64,000 bases of DNA, taken from NCBI GenBank assembly GCA_963816395.1, contig CAWFKQ010000013.1, positions 1 to 64,000 of the forward strand, read 5' to 3'. The position numbers were made by a program, and so were the translations under genes. Of this stretch, positions 44,574 to 54,016 are shown in pieces. Source of the DNA: an uncultured delta proteobacterium (GTDB taxonomy: Bacteria > Desulfobacterota > Desulfuromonadia > Desulfuromonadales > JACZKF01). The notes under the pieces are model-generated. The model was not told where the DNA came from. It worked only from the letters and a program-made list of their open reading frames with translations, and did not search any database. Positions within the stretch are counted from its first letter, which is position 1; every line of letters begins with the position of its first letter.

Positions 44574-45226
44574 CCGAGATCCTCCGGCTCCATGAATTTA
44601 TAGCCGCTGAAGATGCTGGACAAGGTGCCGTTTCGTTCCTTGATGTCCATCAGCCAGGCGCTGTAGATGTGGTGAATGGCGAAGCCGATCAGCAGCCACA
44701 TGACCAGATGGTGGGTCAGGCGCAGGCTCTGGTTGCCGAAGGCCGCCAGCAGCGGCCCGAAGAGCTGGTCCCAGAAGCCTCCCGGGGCGAATTGGGCGTA
44801 AAGGGCGAAACCGCTGGCGATCTGGACGAGAAACAGCAGAAAGACCGCCGAATAGGCCATGGCCGCCAGGGCGTTGTGACCGACCACGTAGGGAACCTTC
44901 TTTTTCAGAAAGGTGTAGTACTGAAAGGTCCCCAGCATGTTCTTTCTTCCCTGCCGGGTGGCCCAGGGCACGAAGGCGCGCCAGGAGGCGTGCCGGTTGC
45001 CGAGGAAGAACCAGAGAATGCGCGCCGCCACCGAGACGGTGAGCAGGTAGGCGAAGACGAAATGCAGGAAGCGGTTCCAGCCCATGACCCAATCGGCTGT
45101 CGCCGTGGCGATGATGAACGGATGGCCGATATAGAAGCCGGTGAAGGACAGGACCGCGAGGCTGAGCATGTTGATCCAGTGGGTCAACCGCACCGGCCAT
45201 TCCCAGACGTATTTTATTTCGAGCAT
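44570..45226 (-). CDS. hyaC: Ni/Fe-hydrogenase cytochrome b subunit
   Basis: YVWEWPVRLTHW, RFLHF, GHNALA, RLTHH...HHIY. Confidence 0.92.
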   Translation of the reverse strand: MLEIKYVWEWPVRLTHWINMLSLAVLSFTGFYIGHPFIIATATADWVMGWNRFLHFVFAYLLTVSVAARILWFFLGNRHASWRAFVPWATRQGRKNMLGTFQYYTFLKKKVPYVVGHNALAAMAYSAVFLLFLVQIASGFALYAQFAPGGFWDQLFGPLLAAFGNQSLRLTHHLVMWLLIGFAIHHIYSAWLMDIKERNGTLSSIFSGYKFMEPEDLG

Positions 45227-45242
45227 GGGACCTCCGAAATCC

Positions 45243-45319
45243 GTGATCAGTAATAAGTGATCAGTGATCTGTAAAGGCAAAACCTCACAAAATATTATTT
45301 TTTACTCATCACTCATTAC
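45243..45319. repeat. Heptamer tandem/inverted array in the hyaB-hyaC spacer
   Basis: gtgatca gtaataa gtgatca gtgatct gtaa ... ttactca tcactca ttac. Confidence 0.75.
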
Positions 45320-45338
45320 GCCCTTTTGCCCCTCGCCT

Positions 45339-47051
45339 TTAAAGAACCTTGACCTTGACGATTTCCGTTCCCCGGCCGTCGAGCACGTGCACGGCGCAGG
45401 CCAGGCAGGGATCGAAGGAGTGGATGGTGCGCAGGATCTCCAGCGGCTTTTCCGCATCGGCGATCGGCGTGCCGACCAGGGCGGCCTCGTACGGTCCCGG
45501 CAGGCCGGCGGCGTCGCGCGGTCCGGCGTTCCAGGTGGAAGGAACCACCGCCTGGAAATTGGCGATCTTCTGGTCCTCGATGCGTATCCAGTGCCCCAGG
45601 GCGCCGCGCGGCGCCTCGTGGTAGCCGAAGCCGCGCGCCTCCTTCGGCCAGGTGGCCGGGTCCCACTTCTCGCCGTTGTGCACCTCGAGGATGCCGCGCT
45701 CCATGTTGTCGGTCAGCTGGTTCAGCCACAGCTCATTCTTCTGCGCCAGCAGCAGCGTCTCGATGCCGCGGGCGGCGGTGCGGCCGAGGGTGGAGAAGAG
45801 GACCTCCGGGCCGACCCCCAGCTTGCCCAGGACGAAGCCGACCGTATCGCGCACCTCCTGGTGCCCCCGGGCGTAGGCGACCACCATGCGGGCCAGGGGA
45901 CCGACCTCCATCGGCTGATCGAGATAGCGCGGCGCCTTCACCCAGCTGTACTTGCGGTCGGTATCGAGAAAATCGTAGGGGGGCATGGGGCCGGTGTAGC
46001 GGTGGCTGGTTTCCCCCTCATAGGGATGCAGCCCCTTCTGCTCGCCGCTGCTGTAGGTATACCAGGAGTGGGTGACGTATTCGGTGATCTTCTCCTGCTC
46101 CATCGGCTGGACGTTGGCCAGGTCCCTGGCCATGACCACGCCGCGCGGGAAATAGAAGCTGTCCACCGAGCCGCTGCTGTCCATGGGAAAGTCGCCGTAG
46201 ACGAGGAAGTTGCCGACCCCGCCGCCGATTCCCCCCCATTCCTTGTAGAAGGAGGCGACCGCCAGCAGGTCGGGGATGTAGACCTGCTCGACGAAGGTGC
46301 GCGCCTTGCGCAGCAGCTTGCCGATCAGGGCGAGTTTGTCGGCGTTGATGGCGTTCTGGCTGTCCGGGTCGACCGGAATCGCCATGCCGCCGACCAGAAA
46401 GGTCTGCGGGTGCGGGTTCTTGGAGCCGAGGATGGCATGGATGCGGATTATGTCCTTCTGCCATTCCAGAGCCTCGAGATAATGCGCCACCGCCATCAGG
46501 TTGGCTTCCGCCGGCAGCCGGTAGGCGCTGTGGCCCCAGTAGGCGTTCTGAAACGGACCGAGGCGGCCGGTGCCGGCGAAGGCCTTGACCCGCTCCTGCA
46601 CCTGCTTGAAATAGGTGGCGCTGTTGTTCGGCCAGTCGGAAAGCGACCGGGCGAGCTGCGCCGTCTTCGCCGGGTCGGCGCCGAGGGCGCTGACGATGTC
46701 CACCCAGTCGAGGGCGTGCAGGTGATAGAAGTGGATGACGTGGTCCTGGACGCTCTGGATGCCCATGATCAGGTTGCGGATCAGGCGGGCGTTGTCCGGC
46801 ACCTGGATGCCGAGGGCGTCCTCGACGCAGCGGATGCTGGCCATGGAGTGAACGGTGGTGCAGACGCCGCAGAAGCGCTGGGTGAAGTGATGGGCGTCGC
46901 GCGGGTCGCGCCCCTTCAGAATCGTCTCGATGCCGCGGAAGGCCGTGGAGGAACTCCAGGCGTTGCTGATGCGGCCGTTGTCGATCTGCGCCTCAATGCG
47001 CAGGTGCCCCTCGATGCGGGTGATCGGGTCGACGGCGATCTTCTTGCTCAT
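45339..47051 (-). CDS. hyaB: Group 1 membrane-bound [NiFe] hydrogenase large subunit
   Basis: DPITRIEGH, QRFCGVCTTVH, SFDPCLACAVH. Confidence 0.95.
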   Translation of the reverse strand: MSKKIAVDPITRIEGHLRIEAQIDNGRISNAWSSSTAFRGIETILKGRDPRDAHHFTQRFCGVCTTVHSMASIRCVEDALGIQVPDNARLIRNLIMGIQSVQDHVIHFYHLHALDWVDIVSALGADPAKTAQLARSLSDWPNNSATYFKQVQERVKAFAGTGRLGPFQNAYWGHSAYRLPAEANLMAVAHYLEALEWQKDIIRIHAILGSKNPHPQTFLVGGMAIPVDPDSQNAINADKLALIGKLLRKARTFVEQVYIPDLLAVASFYKEWGGIGGGVGNFLVYGDFPMDSSGSVDSFYFPRGVVMARDLANVQPMEQEKITEYVTHSWYTYSSGEQKGLHPYEGETSHRYTGPMPPYDFLDTDRKYSWVKAPRYLDQPMEVGPLARMVVAYARGHQEVRDTVGFVLGKLGVGPEVLFSTLGRTAARGIETLLLAQKNELWLNQLTDNMERGILEVHNGEKWDPATWPKEARGFGYHEAPRGALGHWIRIEDQKIANFQAVVPSTWNAGPRDAAGLPGPYEAALVGTPIADAEKPLEILRTIHSFDPCLACAVHVLDGRGTEIVKVKVL

Positions 47052-47055
47052 CGGC

Positions 47056-48177
47056 TTATTCCTCCTCTTTCACCTGGTCGGATTTGCTCGCGTCGCCGCG
47101 GCGAAAGGCGCTGGCCACCCCGTGCGCCCCGAAGGCAACGGCGGTGGCGGCGGCCAGCCCGAGGCCGATCTTGTCGGCGGTGCTCTCGATGCCGAAGCCG
47201 GGGACCACGGCCAGCCGCCGGTAGAAGGGGCTCATGGTGTCCCAGAAAGCCGGCTCGGCGCAGCCGATGCAGCCGTGGCCGGCCATCACCGGCCAGCTCG
47301 TCCCCTCGTTGTAGCGCACCGTCGGGCAGTTGTGGAAGGTCTCCGGCCCCTTGCAGCCCAGCTTGTACAGGCACCACCCCTGGCGGTGGCCGGGATCGCC
47401 GAAGGCCTCGGCGTACTGGCCGGCGTCGAAATGGGCGCGCCGCTCGCAGTTGTCATGGATGCGCTTGCCGTAGGCGAACTTCGGCCGACCCAGGGCGTCG
47501 GTGGCCGGCAGCCGGCCGAAGGTGAGGAAATGCACGATGACCGCCGTCAGGTTCTCGGCGTTGAGCGGGCAGCCCGGCAGGTTGATGACGGTGGCACCGG
47601 GGACCGCCTTGCTGATCGACACCGCCCCGGTGGGGTTGGGGGCGGCCGCCGGAAGCCCGCCGAAGGAGGCGCAGGCGCCGACGGCAATGGTCGCGGCGGC
47701 GTTGCCGCACACCTTCCTGGCGATGTTCAGGGCGCTGTCGCCGCCGATGGTGCAGTAGATGCCGCCATCAGCGGTCGGGATGGCCCCCTCCACCACGGCG
47801 ATGTACTTCCCCTTGTATTTCTCCACCGCATCCCACTTGGCCTTTTCCGCCTGGTGGCCCGCCGCCGCCATGATCGTCTCGTTGTATTCCAGGGAGAGAT
47901 AATCGAGGATCAGCTCGGCCGCTGTCGGCTGATTGGCGCGCAGCAGCGCCTCGGTGTCGCCGGTGCACCCCTGGAACTCCATCCAGATCACCGGCGGCCG
48001 CTGATCGTTCTCCAGCGCCTGGGCGATCTTCGGGATGAAACTGACGGGCAGGGCCAGGGAGGCGGTCATCGCCGAGCAGAACTTCATGAAATCCCGCCGG
48101 TTGACGCCGCGGGCCTCCCATCGCTGCAGGACATCTTCCGGCAGGTTGACGGAGGGCAGGGCCGGATCGGTTTTCAT
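47056..48177 (-). CDS. hyaA: Group 1 [NiFe] hydrogenase small subunit (Tat signal, C-terminal anchor)
   Basis: NRRDFMK, CTGD, PGCP, HDNCERR, WCLYKLGCKGP, GHGCIGC. Confidence 0.95.
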   Translation of the reverse strand: MKTDPALPSVNLPEDVLQRWEARGVNRRDFMKFCSAMTASLALPVSFIPKIAQALENDQRPPVIWMEFQGCTGDTEALLRANQPTAAELILDYLSLEYNETIMAAAGHQAEKAKWDAVEKYKGKYIAVVEGAIPTADGGIYCTIGGDSALNIARKVCGNAAATIAVGACASFGGLPAAAPNPTGAVSISKAVPGATVINLPGCPLNAENLTAVIVHFLTFGRLPATDALGRPKFAYGKRIHDNCERRAHFDAGQYAEAFGDPGHRQGWCLYKLGCKGPETFHNCPTVRYNEGTSWPVMAGHGCIGCAEPAFWDTMSPFYRRLAVVPGFGIESTADKIGLGLAAATAVAFGAHGVASAFRRGDASKSDQVKEEE

Positions 48178-48334
48178 TGCATTCGCCTCCTTTTTCCGAT
48201 GCGGAAAAAACGTTTTATTCCAGTAAAAATCCTGACGATCTTGCTCCCCGCGAAGAAGGCCGCTTCGGGGTGGACTATAACGATGTTAAATAAATGGCGG
48301 AAGGCACTCTGTCAAGGGGTTTTTCACACAATGG

Positions 48335-48375
48335 CGTATACATTATGCGATAAAGCGCAGTCTGTAATGTATACG
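48335..48375. promoter_or_regulatory. Inverted repeat / paired GTATAC operator sites
   Basis: CGTATACATTA-19 nt-TAATGTATACG between the divergent hya and rtcB operons. Confidence 0.6.
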
Positions 48376-48479
48376 GCACAACAGGCGTTTCGCCCTTCCC
48401 CGGGCGCCCCGGCGAATGGTGCTATACTGAAAAAAAAGACCTGCCGAAAGGAGATTCAGCCGCGAAGGGAGGACATTTC

Positions 48480-49029
48480 ATGCCCAGCAAAAGAGATCAG
48501 AACATGGACCGCAGTCCGCGCAAATTCGACATCGATCCGAATACGCAACGGGGCCGCAACAGGCGCAACATCGACCCCTATGTTCATGGATGAGGGTCTG
48601 CCCGAGCCCGCGGTCTGCACCGTCTGCCATGCCATCTACCGCAACAAGCGCTGGTACATGAAGGAAAAGGAATACGTGGAGGTCCGACAGGACGAAACGG
48701 TCAATGAAGTGGTCTGCCCGGCCTGCCGGAAAATGGAGGAGCTGTATCCGGAGGGTGTCGTCACCCTGCGCGGCGATTACCTCTGGCAGCACGAGGAGGA
48801 AATCCTCAATATCATCCGCAATACCGAGAACACCGCCATGGCCAAGAACCCCCTGGAACGCATCATGCGCATTCAGCCCGAGGGGGATGCCATGGTGATC
48901 GAGACGACTGAGGAGAAGCTGGCCGAACATATCGGCCGGGCTCTCAACAAGGCGCACCAGGGGCATCTGGATATCGACTGGAGCGACGACCATTCCCTCT
49001 GCCGGGTCACCTGGGAAAGGAGAGAGTGA
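48480..49029 (+). CDS. BCAM0308-like Zn-ribbon protein (frameshift near 48583)
   Basis: GGAGG RBS; CTVC...CPAC, NPLERIM, TTEEKLAEHIGRAL. Confidence 0.75.
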
Positions 49030-49036
49030 GCCGGGG

Positions 49037-49454
49037 ATGGGGAGCTTCCGCCTGATCGAGCACACCGCCGACATGGGCATCGAAGTGCACGGCGACGACC
49101 TGGCGGACTTCTTCGTCCAGGCGGCGCGGGGATTGAAGGAGATGGTTTCGGCAACGGCCGGCGCCGACCCCCAGCGAAGAGCGGATGGTGGAGGTGACGG
49201 GCGGCGACAGCAGCGAACTGCTGGTCAACTGGCTGAACGAGATCCTCTTTCTCTTCGAGACCCGGGGATTCTTCCCGATCGATTTCCGGGTAGAGGAGGC
49301 CGGGGAGGATCATCTGCGGGCGCGGGTCCTGGGGGAGCCTTTCGATCCGCGGCGCCACCGGGTGGAACGGGAAGTGAAGGCGGTCACCTACCATCAACTG
49401 CAGGTGGAGCCGGTCGACGGCGCCTGGCGGGCCCGGGTCTTTGTAGACTTGTAA
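49037..49454 (+). CDS. Archease (frameshift near 49180)
   Basis: EHTADMGI, LVNWLNE, VKAVTYH, VFVDL. Confidence 0.9.
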
Positions 49455-49459
49455 AGACG

Positions 49460-49538
49460 GTGAGATAGCGAGGTAGCGAGATAGTTACACTCAAGGAATG
49501 ATTTCTATCTCGCTATCTCCCTACTTCACTACCTCACT
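49460..49538. repeat. Octamer tandem/inverted array in the archease-rtcB spacer
   Basis: gtgagata gcgaggta gcgagata ... tatctcgc tatctccc tacttcac tacctcac. Confidence 0.85.
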
Positions 49539-49548
49539 GGTTATTACC

Positions 49549-50995
49549 ATGTCCGTGAAAGTCGAAAAAATCGACGCCTGCCGCTGGCGCATCCCCCGGC
49601 AAGGGAAGATGCGCACGGAAGGGCTGGTTTTCGCCAGCGACCGGATGATGACGGCGATCCGCGAGGAGCAGGCCCTGCAGCAGGTGGCCAATGTCGCCAC
49701 CCTGCCGGGGATCGTCGGCCCGTCGATCGCCATGCCGGACATTCACTGGGGCTACGGCTTTCCCATCGGCGGGGTGGCCGCCTTCGATCCCGAGGAGGGG
49801 GTGGTTTCCCCCGGCGGCGTCGGCTACGACATCAACTGCGGGGTGCGCCTGCTGCGCTCCGAATTGACCGCCGAGGAGATCCGTCCCCGGCTCAAGGAAC
49901 TGGCCGACACCCTGTTCCGCAACGTTCCTTCGGGGGTCGGCTCGCACCGGCGCGACCTGCGCCTCAACCTCGCCGGAAGAGCGCCGGGTCCTGGCGCAGG
50001 GGGCGCGCTGGGCGGTGGAACAGGGCTACGGCACGGCGGGCGATCTGGCAGCACATCGAGGAAGGGGGAAGACTGCCCGGGGCCGATCCGGAGGTGATCT
50101 CGGAGCGGGCGCTGGAGCGGGGGCGGGCGCAGCTCGGCACCCTCGGCTCGGGCAACCATTTTCTCGAGGTGCAGATGGTGGAGGACGATCGGCGATGAGA
50201 CGGCGGCCCGGGTCCTGGGCCTGTTCCCCGGCCAGGTGACGGTCACCATCCACACCGGCAGCCGCGGCCTGGGCTACCAGATCTGCGACGACTACATCCG
50301 GGTCATGCGCCAGGCGAGCCGCAAATACGGCATCGAGCTGCCCGATCCGCAGCTGTGCAGCGCCCCCCTGACCAGCCCGGAGGGGCGGGAGTACCTGGCG
50401 GCGATGGCCTGCGCCGCCAACTTCGCCTTCGCCAACCGGCAGCTGATCACCCACTGGGTGCGCGAGTCCTTCGAGCAGATCACCGGCCGGGGAGCGGCCG
50501 ATCTGCGGCTGAACGTCATCTACGACGTCTGCCACAATATCGCCAAATTCGAGAATCATCTCTTCCAGGGCCGCCAGCGCCGTCTCTGCGTGCACCGCAA
50601 AGGGGCCACCCGCGCCTTTCCCCCCGGCCACCCGGAAACCCCCGAGGCTTACCGGGAGATCGGCCAGCCGGTGCTGATTCCCGGCGACATGGGGCGCTAC
50701 TCCTATGTCCTGGTGGGGACGCGCGGCGCCTACGAGGAGACCTTCGGCTCCACCTGCCACGGCGCCGGCCGGGTCCTCTCCCGGCACGCCGCCAAGAAGC
50801 TGGCGCGCGGGCAGAACATTCTGGCCGACCTGGCGGCCCGGGGGATCGTGGTGCGCGCCGCCGGCATGGCGACGGTGGCGGAGGAGATCTCCGAGGCCTA
50901 CAAGGACGTGATGGAGGTGGTCGGGGTGGTCGCAGCAGGCGGGGATCGGCAAAATCGTCGCCCGCCTGCGGCCGCTGGCGGTGATAAAAGGCTAA
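49549..50995 (+). CDS. rtcB: RNA ligase RtcB (about 4 frameshifts)
   Basis: [61 protein letters not shown]. Confidence 0.92.
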
Positions 50996-51067
50996 TTTTG
51001 AATGCTGAATTTTGAATTTTGAATCAGGAAACACCAATTCAGAATTAAGAATTCAAAATTAGAAATT
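50996..51067. repeat. AT-rich heptamer tandem/inverted array after rtcB
   Basis: ttttgaa tgctgaa ttttgaa ttttgaa ... aattcag aattaag aattcaa aattaga; same unit as 14745. Confidence 0.8.
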
Positions 51068-51089
51068 GCCTGCAACTTGAGGTGCTATC

Positions 51090-52003
51090 ATGCGCGTGTT
51101 TCTCACCGGCGGTACCGGATTTGTCGGCAGCGAAGTTCTCCGGCAGCTCACCGAGGCCGGTCATGAGGTGCGGGCGCTGGTGCGCCCCGGTTCGGAGGGA
51201 AAACTGGCCATTCACAACGGCGTGGAGGTGCAGCGGGGGGATGTCACCCAGCCGGAGACACTGCAGGGCGCCCTGAGCGGCTGCCAGGCGGTGATCAACC
51301 TGGTGGGGATCATCCGGGAGTACCCGGCCAAGGGGATCACCTTTCAGCGCCTGCATGTCGCGGGGACCCGCAACCTGCTGGCGGCAGCCGGGGCGCAGGG
51401 GGTGCGGCGCTATCTGCAGATGAGCGCCAACGGCACCCGGGAGAATGCCGATTCGGCCTATCACCGGACCAAGTGGCTGGCCGAAGAGGCGGTGCGCGCC
51501 TCCCGCCTCGACTGGACGATCTTTCGCCCCTCGCTGATCTTTGGTCCGGGCAGCGAGTTCGTGGAGATGCTCGCCGGCCTGGTGCGGCGGCTGCCGATCG
51601 TGCCGGTGATCGGCGACGGCCAGTACCGGATGTCGCCGGTGGCGGTCGAGGATGTCGCCGCCAGCTTTGCCCGCGCTCTCGAGCAGCCGGCGGCAGTGCG
51701 GCAGACCTATCACTGCTGCGGCCCCACCGCCTACACCTACGACGAGGTGCTCGACCTGGTCGGGGCCGGCCTGCGGGCGCAAATGGGTGCCGAAGCTGCA
51801 CCAGCCGGTTTTCCTGGTGCGGCCGATTGTTGCCCTCTTCGACTCCCTTCCCCCGCTTTCCCATCAGCCGCGCCCAGCTGTCCATGCTGCTGGAGGGGAA
51901 CGTCTGCGACCCCCGCCCCTGGTCCGCGGCCTTCGGCCTCACGCCCCGGCCATTCCCGGACGGCTTGCCGCAGATTCTGAAAAAGCCGGGTGGCCGGAAA
52001 TGA
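51090..52003 (+). CDS. Atypical SDR / complex I NDUFA9-family NAD-binding protein (3' frameshifts)
   Basis: TGGTGFVG, YHRTKWLAE, FRPSLIFG. Confidence 0.85.
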
Positions 52004-52050
52004 GCCGCCGGCGAACCCTAATGGCCAACAAACCCGGAACTGCAATTAGC

Positions 52051-52136
52051 CACGGATAAGATCTGATTAACCTTTGGGTTGTTGATTCTATTCTTCAAGT
52101 CCTTGAAAATCCGAATTGATCAGATTTGATCCGTGT
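52051..52136. repeat. 9-10-mer tandem/inverted array between convergent genes
   Basis: cacggataag atctgatt ... atccgaattg atcagatttg atccgtg. Confidence 0.6.
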
Positions 52137-52165
52137 GCACATGCATTTTTCCAGAATAAACGTAA

Positions 52166-53868
52166 TCAGCCCGGCGGCGGCCCCGTCTCCAGCTCGAAGG
52201 GCCAGCCGAGAATTCCCCCTTCCATGTAGCGCACATCGGCAAACCCCGCCGCCGCCAGGATACGCTGGGCCTCGTAGCCGCGCAGGCTGAGCTTGCAGAA
52301 GGGGATGACGGGGCGCTCCTTCGGCAGCTCATGGAGCTTTTCCCGCAGGGCGCCGAGGGGGAGCAGGGTGGCGCCGGGGATGCGCACCTCGGCGTATTCG
52401 GCCGGCGAGCGCACGTCGAGGAAGAGAAAGTCGCGCCCTTCCTGCCGCATTTCCCGCACCTGCACCGGATCGAGGCTGCAGCCGAGGCCATCGAGCTTGT
52501 TGCGCAGGGCGTTGGCGGCCTGGTGCAGGGGATCCATGGCGGCGGAGTAGGGGGGCGCGTAGGTGAGGTCGAGCTGGGCCAGCTGGTCGACCGTCGCCCC
52601 CAGGGTGAGGACGGGAACCAGGGTATCGATGCGCTTGTCGACGTCTCCGGGGCCGACGATCTGGGCGCCGAGCAGCCGGCGGCTGGCGCGGTCGGCGATC
52701 AGGCGAATCACCACCGGCTTGGCGCCCGGGTAGAGGTGGGTGCGGTCGGGGGAGGGGACGAGGATGGAGACCGGGTCGAAACCGGTCAGGCGGGCATCCT
52801 CCCAGGAGAGGCCGCTGCGGGCGACGGTGAGATCGAAGACCTTGACGATCAGGGAGCCGAGGACCCCCGGGAAGCGTTCGCCGCGGCCGGCGATGTTGTC
52901 GGCGACCACCCGCCCGTGCTTGTTGGCGGTGGAGCCGAGGGGGACATAGACCGGGCGGCCGGTGAGCAGGTCGGTGCTCTCGGCGCAGTCGCCGGCGGCA
53001 TAGATCGCCGGATCGGAGGTGCGCAGGCAGGCATCGACGGCAATGGCGCCGGTGGGGCCGAGCTTCAGCCCGGCGGCGGCGGCCAGGGAGACTTCCGGGC
53101 GCACGCCGACCGCCATGATCACCAGGTCGGCCGGGTAGCTGGCCGCCGGCCGTGACCACCCGCCGCACCCGCCCGTTCTCTCCCTCCAGGCGCTGCACCG
53201 GCTCTCCCAGGCGCAGTTGCACCCCGTTGCGGCGCAGCTCCCGGTGCACCAGGGCGGCCATGCCGAAATCGAGGGCGCTGGCCAGCACCTGGTCCTTCAT
53301 CTCCACCAGGGTCACCGCCAGGCCGCGCCGCACCAGGGCCTCGGCCATCTCCAGGCCGATCAGGCCGCCGCCGACGATGACCGCCGTCTTCGCGCTGCCC
53401 AGCTCCGCCGGCGATCGCCGCCGCATCCTCCATCCCCTTCAGCGGCTGCACCCCGGCCAGCTCGATCCCCGGCACCGGCGGCAGGATGGGCCGGTTGCCG
53501 GTGGCCAGCACCAGGGCGTCGTAGGGGAGGTCCGTCTCGCTGCCGTCGGCCAGATTGCGTGTGCGTACCATCCTGCTTTCCCGGTCGATGGCCAGCGCCT
53601 CGGTGCGGGTGCGCACCTCCACCCCCTTCACTTTGCGGAAAAATGCCTCATCGCGCAGGGCCCCGGCCGGGGTGCGGCGCACCTCGTCGAGGTCGGGGAA
53701 GAGCCCCTGCAGGTAATAGGGGAGGGCGCAGGCGCCGTAGGACACCTTTTCCCCCCGTTCGAGGACCGTGATCCGCGCCGCCGGATCGAGCCGGCGCAGG
53801 CGGGAGGCCGCCTTCATCCCGGCGGCCACGCCGCCGACGATCACCACGCGTTTGCCGTTTCGTTCCAT
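52166..53868 (-). CDS. CoA-disulfide/persulfide reductase-like FAD oxidoreductase with C-terminal rhodanese (frameshifts near 53135 and 53412)
   Basis: GGVAAG, SYGACALPY, GGGLIGLE, YAAGDC, YAPPYS, rhodanese FCKLSLRG. Confidence 0.9.
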
Positions 53869-53910
53869 ACGTCTGCCTTCCTTTCCCTCGTGTCTACACC
53901 ACAGAAGACC

Positions 53911-53941
53911 ATGTTAATTCCAAGTATTCAAATGTCAATAT
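53911..53941 (-). promoter_or_regulatory. sigma70 promoter with overlapping Rrf2/IscR-like site
   Basis: Minus strand TTGACA-16 nt-TAACAT; ATATTGACATTTGAATACTTGGAAT. Confidence 0.55.
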
Positions 53942-54016
53942 ATTTATTCCCCTGCCGCCGCCTTTCCTTTTTTCCCCGCTTCCCCTATAATTCCGCCTTT
54001 CCGCCAAGGAGTCCCG

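Noticed and set aside
32841..47051. NiFeSe hydrogenase
   Set aside because: Both large subunits have Cys in the C-terminal motif (DPCLSC, DPCLAC) and no in-frame TGA.
46930..49029. 699-aa ORF as a single gene
   Set aside because: Only the last ~150 codons are the BCAM0308-like gene; the rest is antisense to hyaA and intergenic DNA.
48180..49550. tRNA or Y RNA near rtcB
   Set aside because: No cloverleaf or T-loop sequence found by eye.
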